A stretch of 64,000 bases of DNA from Gnetum montanum (lineage: Eukaryota > Plantae > Gnetophyta). Positions 51,766-62,039 of the stretch are shown here, piece after piece (position 1 is the first letter of the stretch; every line of letters begins with the position of its first letter). The translations under genes and the position numbers were made by a program. Where the stretch lies: NCBI GenBank assembly GCA_015680685.1, contig MNCI01003484.1:472551-536550 (forward strand). The letters are read 5' to 3'. Under the pieces are notes generated by a model that saw nothing but the letters and a program-made list of their open reading frames with translations, had not been told where the DNA came from and made no database searches.

Positions 51766-54310
51766 AACATAGTACATGATAATGCAACAAAGAGAAAATG
51801 GAGTCTAGGATATAATCATTTACCATCACTAAATGAGATAGGAAAATTAGGTGCAGGATCAACTCTCTGAGGAAGAATTGGCCCATTGGGGGACCAATCC
51901 TCATGCAACCAATCAAGAACTTGACAGCATTCAAAAGCTCTTGAAAATTACCTATGGTAGTCAAAAATAGCTACTCTTTTCTGGTCTAGTATCACAGCAT
52001 GAAGAATGGGATCCACCATGAATGCATCCAACATTGTGCACGCTAAGGCAAGCCCACCGTCATCATCATGCATCCCATTCTCATCAAAATGAGGCATGTA
52101 TAGAAAAAGAATATTTATGCATAGAAAACGACATAATTTTAAAAAAAATCAAAAATTAAGCAAAGCATGAAAGAGCATACCTGTTCACTCTATACACTAT
52201 CCCATGTGGGTTCTGGAACAGTGTGTGAACACGAAAAGTTAGAAAATGTGTGTTGCTGCTGTTATAATGGCTACAAGTAGGCAGCTCCCATACATGAGTC
52301 AAAGGATGAGTAGACCTAGGACCCTCAGGAGGGCCTCCCTCAATTGTAAAGAGTCCCTTGTCTATGTCAGTAATGAAGGCAAGCATGTTTTGTGTAGATC
52401 CAAGAAACATTGTTTCAACCATATCACAAGCCAACTACTCACTTAAATAAGACCAGATAACTATGCTGAAACTTTGTAAAATGAATGAAAAAAATGCACC
52501 AACACTAGGATGGAACCATATCACATGAGGCCCAATACGCATGTCATAAGGAGGCATGTTTGATCCAAAGGGGCCAAACCAAGTGAGTACACCAACGAGC
52601 TCAACCACAAGAAGACAGGGACACCAATATTTATTTGATGTATTTAACGCTCATTGGGGTACATTGAAATCATTTATACAGTAGTTTGTCACAAGCAACA
52701 TAAAATGAACATGCAGGTATAAAACCATGAACATTCGTAGATTTGTAGAATTGTATTTAAATCTATCCAAACAATAAAACAATAAATAGCATAGACCTAA
52801 ACACCAACAGCCAATGAAAATTTCAACAAACAATTTGCATCTTCATGTTTTAACACAGACGTTGCTCATGAGAGGGCTTTCCCTGCACTCATGTTGGCTT
52901 TCCATGCACTCAAGCTAGGGTTTTCCCTAGGAACACACATTGGGATCCTGTTCTTGTAGTTCATGCTACCCTAGAAATTACGTGGCCCTAGAACTCACGT
53001 TGTCCTGGCACTCATGCTGCCTAGGAAACTAACCCTACCTTGTAACTCATGCTGGGGTTTTCCCTAGGAATGCATGCTGGGGGCCTGTGCCTGTAGCTCA
53101 CGCTGCCCTATAACTTATGCTACCATGGCACTCATGCTGCGCTCGCTCCAAAACAAAAACAAAAATCTAACTCGCCCCAATGCAACTGTGCACGCCTGAA
53201 AGACAACAACCAAAAAATAGAGCAATCCACAGTACAAGCTGCAACACCCCAAAACACAATGGAGGAACCCAAAATCATGCTATGGCCATCAGAGACCACG
53301 CTGCCCTAGCTAACATTGTGTGCAAAATACTAGAGAAAAATAAGAAAAAATGGACTTGCGTAGAGCTCCATCCCATGCTGGAATTCTGGCTTGAGGGAGA
53401 CGCTAAAGTAGCTCTTTGCTCTCTTCCATGAATGCCAGATTCACTTGCCTCTTCCCTTTGCCTCGGCTTGCTTTCCCTTTACCCTTCATGGCTACCTTGT
53501 AACTCATGCTGATGCTCATGCTACACTCTCTAGCTTGCTCACGCCCTCAATGCCCACAAACTCATGCTACCACAAGTGATGCCCCTAATACCTTAAAATC
53601 CCTTTTTAACCCCCATGTTCACCCTCAATTTAGTTTATTTATTTATTGTATTTTATTTTTAGCTTTATTTTTATTTATTCAATTTACCATGTTCATGTTT
53701 AACTTTTTCTTTCCTATTATTACTTACATCACCTTTGCTTAATTCTTACCTAGTATTCCTCATTATTTCATCCTCTGGAGATAAGGCCAAACTATTAAAG
53801 ATGGAAAAAATAAAAAAAGGGGGAGGTGGGGGGGGGGGAGGGGAGAAAAGTTAAAATCAAAACAGAATGATGTGAATATATATAGTGGTGCCCATAAAAA
53901 TCCATAAGACTTTAAAATCCCATAAACTTATTATTCGCACAAAACATAGAAATTAATAATGCTCCATACACTCATCCATAACACAAAATGACATGAATAT
54001 TATCAACCTGGTATGGCCTAAAGCTACCATATGGTCCAGGTATAACACTAAACTACCACTACATTCCACAATTTCATTAGTACATAGATTAATTACCCAA
54101 TGCTCATTTACATTTAAAAACACCTTCGTCAAGTAAATGTCACTCACTTTGCCTCCGGTTCAAATTGGCTAGAGCAAGCACATGGCCACTAAGAATATCC
54201 TTTCAACATTATCTTTCAATGGATCATATGGGTAGGTAAAAAGAGCAATCAATCTAGAATCCTTAGATCTAGACCCATGCACTCATACTAATTTAATAGC
54301 CTCCACTCAG

Positions 54311-57300
54311 GGAACGTCGGATTGGCCTAAAAATGTGGCTAAGACTTTAGATCTAGAGGTCAATAATATCATTGAAGATCCTCTTGTTGAAGTCCCCATT
54401 ACTACATTCAATGATGAAACTAGAATATTGAAATTAAGTGCCCTACTAGGCTTACAAATTTTCAATGACATCACTTGAGTACTGAAAGATAATATAAAAA
54501 CATTTTCATGCTCATATACCAACATGCCAGGATTAGACCCTCGAATCATCCAACACAACATCATTCTTGATGCAAAAGTCAAATCGATGAAGCAAAAGGC
54601 ACGAAAGGTTAGACCTGAGGTGGTGTTAGCAATCCGTGCTAAAATCACAAAGCTCTACCAAGCCAGTTTCATCTGAGCTATTAACTATTCCAACTGGGTA
54701 TCAAACATTGTCATAGTCCCTAAGAAGAATAGTAGTATATGCATATGCATTGACTTCCGTGATCTCAACACAGCCACTATAAAGGATGACTTCCCATTAC
54801 CTAGCATAGATCAACTTATTGATACAACTATTGGGCATGCACTATTATCCTTTATGGATGGATTTTCAAGATATAATCAAATAAGAATCAATCTGGAACA
54901 TCAACTCAGAACAACCTTCATGACACCTTGGGGCACATTCTGCTATACGATGATGCCATTTGGTCTTAAAAATGCAGGTGCTACATATCAACGAGCAATG
55001 ACATATATATTTAGTGATTACATGCTCAATTTTCTTAATGATTACATTGACAACATCATTGTTAAATCTAAAACAACCAAACAACATGCAAAAGATCTAG
55101 GCCTAGTGCTTAAACGTTGTCTCAAATATGACCTTAGACTCAATCTAAAGAAGTGTTTCTTTGGTGTCAAAATGGGAAAAATTCTTGGCTTCATAGTATC
55201 TAGAACAAGGATATGGGTAGACCCTGATAAGGTTAAGGCAATAATTAACATGCAACCACTAAAAAACCTTATCAAACTACGTGGTCTACAAGTTAGGCTA
55301 CAATTCATTAGATGCTTTATCGAAAGGTTGACGAATAAGTTGAGACCCATGCAACACCTATTACGAAAGAATGTGGATTTTCAATGGACTCAACAGTGCA
55401 AGGAAGAATTTGAGAACATAAAGCAAGAGCTGCCTCAACTGCCGACCGTTTATCCCCCATAGAGCGATAAGTCCTTCTACATCTACCTTGCAACATTCGA
55501 TTCTTCCATTGCATCGATGCTTTGTAAAAAACGTAAGGATGGAATCGAGATCTCTAACTATTACCTAATCCATCCTCTAATTGCCTATGAACAATGATAC
55601 AATGATGTGGAGAAATCATTCCTTGCCCTCATCTTCTCCTTGAAGAAATGACAACATTATCTCTTCCGTAATCAAGTCTTCATCATTTGCAAGAATAATG
55701 TACTCCATGCCTTCACTAACAACATCTACAAGTCGAGTAGGATAGCTAGGTGGAAAGCAATGATCGTAGAGTTTGACCTACACTATGTTGCTTAATCCTT
55801 CATAAAAGGTCAAGCAATAGTCACACAATTGACAGTCTCACCAATACATGACCAAGTAACGATTAACCCTGAATTCCCTGACGAGAATGTTAATAGTATA
55901 GATACCATACCTGATAAATATGAGGTAATCCTTTATTTCGATGGAGCTTCAACTTCCCAAGGAGGAAGTGTTATGGCCATTTTAACATACCCCTCTAGAG
56001 AAATCCAACCCTTCGCCTACCGATTAACCTTTCCCTGTACCAATAACGTGGAAAAATATGAAGGTCTTTTTAGAGGTCTTCAAGCAGCATTGACTTCAGG
56101 AATCACATGTCTTGTAGTTCGAGGTGATTCACAGTTAGTCATTAATCAAGTCATAGAGGTTTACGCATGTAAGGCTCTCCATTTGCAATAATATTATGAT
56201 TTGACCAAACATTTGTTGAAGCACTTAGTAGACGTGGATATACAGCATGTCCCTAGAAGCAAAAACACCATTACCGATGCAGTTGCTACACCAGCCCTAA
56301 ACATGACACCCGAAATGTTCCATGCGTTGCCTAGCTCTATAACAAATTGTGCCAAACCTATAACCAATGCTCTTGATGAAATTCCTATAGCATCCATTAG
56401 CACAACACACACAATAGAATGGTACGATGATATAAAAGAGTACCTTGTACGAGGCAAACCTCCACAACATTTTACAAACGCTCAAAAAGATGTCGTGCAA
56501 AAATGCTCTCGACAATATGCGTTAATAGGAGACACCTTGTGTCGCAAATCCTATGACGGCATTCTCTTAATGTGCGTTAGTAGCATCGATGGTCAAATGA
56601 TTGTAGAACAAGTCCACAAAGGACTTTGTGGAGGGCACATAGCACCCAAAGCAATGGCCACGAAGATTAGGTGCTTGGGCTACTACTGGCCACACATGGA
56701 GTACGATTGCTTCTCCAAGGTCAGGACATGTGACATTTTCCAAAGGCATGGTAACCTAATACATGTGCCACCTAATGAATTACACACAACACAAATCACA
56801 TGGCCATTCCAAAGATGGAAATTAGACTTAATTGTACTGATAACGCCACCATCTTCCGCAGGGCATAGCTTCATTATCACCGCAACTGAATACTTCACAA
56901 AATAGGTAGAAGCTATTCCCATAAGGAAGACCACTTCTAAACATTTTTGCACTTTCATAATAGAAAATTTTGTGACCCATTTTGGTATTTTGATGACCAT
57001 CGTTACTGACAATGGGCCATAGTTCAGTAGTGCAGACACTAAAAGCTTATGTGAAAGCCTAGGTATTAAGCATACATTCTCGTCATCTTACTACCCACAG
57101 AGCAATGGTCAAGCAGAAGCTACCAAAAAAACTATCATCATGGTACTCAAAAAGATGTTAAATCATAGCAAGAGGAAATGGCACAAAAAATTAGTCTACA
57201 CATTATGGGCATACATAATGATGCATCGAACACCTACAAGTAAAACTCCATATAGTCTTGTATATGGATCTAAAGTTGTTTTACCTTTGGGGTTACAGGT

Positions 57301-57658
57301 TCCCTCATTGCAAATAGCTCTCTTAGGCCTCCTTGATGAAAGAAAAAGCAATGAAATGTGCATTTCTAACCTTGACTTGGTGGAGGAAGAGCGTGTGCAA
57401 ATGCTTGATCAGATCGAGTGGTACCAGAAACAATAGCGGCAACGACACAAACACGATCTGCATAAGTGCCTAATTAAAGAAGGAGAACTATTCCTTAAGG
57501 TCATCCATGAACATCCAGATAAATTCTCAGCTAACTAGGAAGGACCTTACTTACCCACCAAGGCATACAATAATGGAGCATTCAAACTTGCTGACATGGA
57601 TAGGAACGAGTTTGCTAATCCTATAAATCACCTGTACTTGAAATGGTACTATGTTTGA
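54311..57658 (+). pseudogene. pol: pol: reverse transcriptase, RNase H, additional (archaeal-type) RNase H, integrase; degenerate
   Basis: FSCSYTNMPGLDP, WVSNIVIVPKKN, IDFRDLN, MDGFSRYNQI, MPFGLKNAGATYQR, YIDN; aRH LYFDGAS...TNNVEKYEGL...RGDSQLVINQV (55829-56300); INT HKGLCGGH, LDLIV, TDNG, GQAEA; GPY/F tail. The frame extends upstream, with TAG stops, to ATGs at 54182 and 54137. Confidence 0.95.
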
Positions 57659-57684
57659 TCAACCTAAGGTATGGAACGGTCCTG

Positions 57685-57990
57685 ACATCACGACCTAAAA
57701 CTGATACCATAGAACAATCCTGGGGCTATGACTTGAAACTGGCACCACAGAGTTCTATCAAACATGACACTAAACTACCACATTTGTCTACCATGACATA
57801 AAACTAGCATGCAAAGTCCACTAAGACTATAAACTGGTTTGCCTCTTCACAGTTTGTTATGACTATAAACTAGCAATGCACCATTCGCTACAATGCTAAA
57901 CTGGTGCATACCAAAGGCTTATGACGTGAAACTAACCCGTAACAGTCTACTAAGACTATAAACTGGTGACATCATCAACGACCAGGCAAT
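57685..57990 (+). repeat. 3' UTR array of GACNNNAAACTGG motifs (about 9 copies, roughly 30-45 bp spacing); also in the nested element at about 45590-45910
   Basis: gacctaaaactga, gacttgaaactgg, gacactaaactac, gacataaaactag, gactataaact(g/a)g x3, gacgtgaaactaa. Confidence 0.8.
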
Positions 57991-59126
57991 ACTTGAAAAT
58001 ATATGTTACTGCAATTGGCTGTACCTATTCCATAAAAACTTGCTGCATAATTTATCTCATGGACCCTGATGAAGCTGATGCTATTCATGATTCTGTCTGC
58101 TTTGAAATTGTACATGGTGGCTCCATCTCCTTAGTTTTTTTCAAGTTTAAAGTGCTTAGTTAACCGAATCATTTGTGGTTTTCTTTTCTTCTTGGAGTTG
58201 TGTTTGCAGGATGACATGCCTGAGGTGTTCGTGCATAGATGCACTTCATCATGAAGACAAGGTATCACATTCTTCCTGACGCATGCAACTGGGTTAATCA
58301 ATTTGTTCATAAGTACATTCTTGACTCCTAATACAGTCCCTATTCCCCATCATTTTCCCCTTATCCTATTCAATTACACCCCCTGGATACATTCTAATCA
58401 TCCCAAAGCTCTTGATACACTATTGCACACTATGATTCTCTAAGCAGTTGCAATGCAAAACACAGTACATGGTACATGATACAAATGCAAGTGCATGAGC
58501 ATGAGCATAGCACTAAAAGTAAGCTCTTCTAAAAAGAATAAAAAAAAGAACAAAAAAAACAAAAGGAAAAAAAAGAACAAAAATATCAAAGAGAAAAATG
58601 CACGAAGAAGGTCTTCATAACCCCATTAACATCATAGACCAAAGACCATTGGCTCTTCTCATACAAGCCCTAGGCAAGAAGGCAATTGTCTTTGAAAAAT
58701 AGTTACACTCGTGTCTCAAAAGATCATGTTACACATCATCACATGGCTTTGGCTGTTTACAACAAGCTCCCGTAAACACTCTGCAAGAGTCCCTTTTTCT
58801 CCAAAGAATGCACTTGCTATGTCTTGGTTCTGAGTCTACTAAATACCGGCTATTGACAAGAACCAAAAAAATATGACTTATTCACATGAGAGCATTCCTA
58901 TCTCACAATTCCAATAGCAATTATAGCCCTTGATCAACTCTTAATTTCCCCAGTTACAACTAATCCCCTTTCATCTTGAACTGCACTTCCCCAATCCCAT
59001 GTACTTTTGAACACAGTGTGATGACGTCCAGCGAGGGGCCTACAGATAATGCTTAGTACTTGGTTGGTCATGGTGTTTTGTGCTTCTTTGTCGATGCCTC
59101 TCAACTGGATTCCTCCAGACGTCAAT

Positions 59127-59139
59127 AAAGAGGGGCCAA
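59127..59139 (+). promoter_or_regulatory. Polypurine tract of outer element
   Basis: aaagaggggccaa directly before the TG of the 3' LTR. Confidence 0.9.
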
Positions 59140-60900
59140 TGAAACACCACTAATTTCAGCCTAACACTTTGAAATGAGAAAAACTCAAAGCCTCTTGAGC
59201 TTTTGGAAGGAAAAAATTTAACTAAGGCATGTAACTCACGCTCGGCTTGTCAAACCAACTTGCTCACACTCAGCTTGTTAAGCTAGCTTTCCCTCAACGT
59301 GAGCAACTCTAATGACCCCAAAATCAAGTCAAAGATGGTCCAATATAAGGGTGCAAGCCATCCTCAAGGGTCATTGTTGTCTATAGTAAGTATTAGCATT
59401 TGGGAGTTCAAATTTTGGGTCAAATTGTACAAATTTTCTCACTCATGCTGTGGTCACCTTGAGGTCACGCTGGCAATGTGAGTACAGCCTGAACAACTTT
59501 AAGAGCCTTAAAATCGAGTCGTAATGGTTTGATTTCAAAGGTGCAAGTCATCCTTAGGGTTCATTGTTGATAAATTCAAGTCCTAACCTCCAAAATTCCA
59601 TATTTCAAGTCCAAAATTGTAGGTTTTTGTAGCTCATGCTGAGGTCACGCTCAGCTCATGCTGGCAGCGTGAGTCTAGTGTGAGCTACTAAAAGTGTTTT
59701 AAAATAAGGCACATCCAAGCTAAATGTTTAACTTGCAGATCACTTTCAAGATCAATCACAGCCAAGAAATTGTTACACTTAAAGAACAAGCTTCAAAGAT
59801 CAAAATTTGGCATGAAATATGTCATTTTCATCGGGACACACTGAGGTCATGCTGGCAGCATGAGTACAATGTGAGTCCAACATGAGTACTAATCAAACTC
59901 AGTCAAAAGCACACCAAACACATGCTAAGGACATGCCAAGAAAAAATCAACTCATGTTGGGAGCTTTTGTGAGACAGAATTGCCTTAAACAACCATGAAA
60001 CCACTCACATCAGCACCCTGTAGCAATCAATCCATGTCAATAAGTTCCAAGCGAGCCGAAGTTAATTTTTTTTCTTATTGTACATTATCATTTTCATTGT
60101 AAATTTTCACCATTTGTGATCTTGTCAAGCTCTTATGCTCTAAATTGTATCTGCTTCTATGGGTGTAAGATAGCTTGCATAAACCAATACAGGTTGTAAG
60201 ATACAGTGCATCCGGTCAAGAACGTAGCCCGCCTATGCATGTCCAATTAACACATAGTTGTCCATCTAGCACCTATCACATGATCCACTTTCCTCTCATT
60301 TCCCAGTCATTGATCTCACCTATGGATTCCACATCTGAGCCAAGCTGAACCTTATAAATACCTTGTCAATTCACATAAAGAGGGGTTGGCAATTTTTAAG
60401 GTTGATGGCTTAGGAAACACTGACTAGCAAATTTTGGATGCTTGAGTGCACCTAACTCCTAGCATCCAAGCACCTGCAAGCATATCACCCCAAGGCTTAA
60501 CGCTTGACTTGCCATCCACATGCGTAGCTATGCTTTGACCGGTGCACATTCATTCTAAGCAATACAATACAGTTCATTTTTACCTTCCATTATATTGTTT
60601 ACTCTATTTTAAATTTGTTTTACACTTTATTTACAATATATTTCTATATATGCTCTGTTTGCATTTCATGCGTCACTATTTACATTTCGTACATTAGTTA
60701 CGATAATCCTAGTGCAAGCCATAACTTATGTTTAGGGAAGTCCTTGGTTGATTTGAATGCAGACCATCCAAGGCACTCTGCCTTTGTTTTCTTTTCTAGC
60801 TTGTGCTCATGTGAAGGTAGGGCTAGCTGTGCCTATCCAACGATCTTTTGATGTTTGTTTTTTTCCTTCCAGCCTTACGCCGATGATTTTGGTTAGTACA
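59140..60900 (+). repeat. 3' LTR of outer Tat element (1761 bp)
   Basis: Colinear with 33207-34940; ends ggttagtaca, followed by atgac. Confidence 0.95.
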
Positions 60901-61825
60901 ATGACAATGTTAAGGTCACAATGAAATGGGTATGAAGGCTAATAATGCTTTCCAAATTTTGACATCATGGTTATAGTGTGTTATTGACATATTTTGAAGT
61001 GTTGGTCATTCGACAAATACATTTAAGGACCTAATCACTTTGCTCCAAGGTTACTTTGGCCATTTGGTCTTTTGGAAATTTTTTTCTCTCTTTTTTTTTG
61101 TGGGATGGAACCTTCATTTGGTTTCTCTACCAAGGCTAGTTAGATCTAGTTTTCTCATTGAGTGAGTTATGTTACATTCCAAGGACTTGGTGGTTATCCC
61201 ATCGAACGAGATGTGTTATGCTTGATGGACTTAAGGGTTTTCCCACTAAATAAGCTGTGTTATATTCAAGAGGACTTGAGGATGGAGCATGATGAAGAGA
61301 TATCATATGCCTATTATAATGTCTCATCCCTTGTTAAGGATGGAAACAAATTGTAACAATGTGATTAACCTTCAAATGAAGGGGCACCTCATTATGAGGA
61401 GTTACAATTATTTATGTAACCCTTGGGAATGGGTTTGACCTATGCCATTTAAGGTTGAGTTTGGAGGTCATGCTAGCATGATGTTGCAAAGTATGGAAAG
61501 GCAAGTAATAGGAGCTAGGTGAAGTGGGACAAGAAGGGACTAATCACCCCTTTGGTTAGATAGCCTAATCATGGTGACAATGTCAGATTGACTCTAAGGA
61601 TTAAGTGGCATGGAAAGATAACCTAGAGGACGTTACAATACTTTCTCTCATTAATAAAATTTTTCTATTTTTCTTTTCTATTTTGTAGTACCAATTATTT
61701 ATTTACCAATTAATTCATTTATTAAAGTATTTTATGATATTTTTGTCATATTACTTACGAATACAATGAATGCAATAAATTAAGTGATCATGTTTTTATG
61801 ACATTTGGAAATGAGTTGTCACATT

Positions 61826-61837
61826 TGGTATTAGAGC
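61826..61837 (+). promoter_or_regulatory. tRNA-Met PBS relic after an LTR end (...gttgtcaca at 61823)
   Basis: TGGTATTAGAGC = TGGTATCAGAGC with C>T; similar relic at 31005-31015. Confidence 0.55.
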
Positions 61838-62039
61838 AAACCATGATTCAGGAGTCTAAGTGAAAGGAAAATATTATTTTAGTGTAAAAAAAAGTACATG
61901 AATGCCAAAGTGGAAGAAAATTCTATTATTATTGTTATTGTTATTTTAACAGAAGTACATCTAAGCAAAATACAAGGGAAGAAGTGGTAGAAAAGGAATA
62001 CAAGAATGGAAAAGATGTGAAATCAAAGGAATAAGAAAA

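Larger units (their letters stand above)
39653..53489 (-). pseudogene. Antisense eight-exon accessory gene inside the Tat element (about 1100 aa): FCP1/NIF HAD-like domain, Transposase_32-like domain, acidic region, coiled coil
   Basis: Exons (-): 53489-53360, ~52685-52181, ~52097-51824, 42496-41451, 41336-41058, 40971-40768, 40663-39885, 39745-39653. Introns 3-7 have canonical GT...AG ends with matching phases (1,1,1,1,0), and intron 4 has a TACTAAC branch site. Introns 1-2 have non-canonical or mutated sites. Scattered premature stops and one inferred 1-bp deletion at about 42440. Confidence 0.85.
33207..60900 (+). mobile_element. Full-length Ty3/Gypsy LTR retrotransposon, Tat clade (Ogre/Retand-type order PR-RT-RH-aRH-INT), degenerate; about 18.5 kb without the nested insertion
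   Basis: Direct repeats 33207-34940 and 59140-60900, both TGAAACACCAC...AGTACA. Flanks atgat/atgac form a 5-bp TSD with one transition. PBS follows the 5' LTR, PPT precedes the 3' LTR, and gag, PR, RT, RH, aRH and INT motifs appear in order. Confidence 0.95.

Noticed and set aside
58035-58120. Hammerhead-ribozyme-like CTGATGA...GAAA in the Tat 3' UTR
   Set aside because: Stem II does not pair cleanly, the nested copy has CTAATGA, and the putative stem III pairing is not conserved between the two copies.
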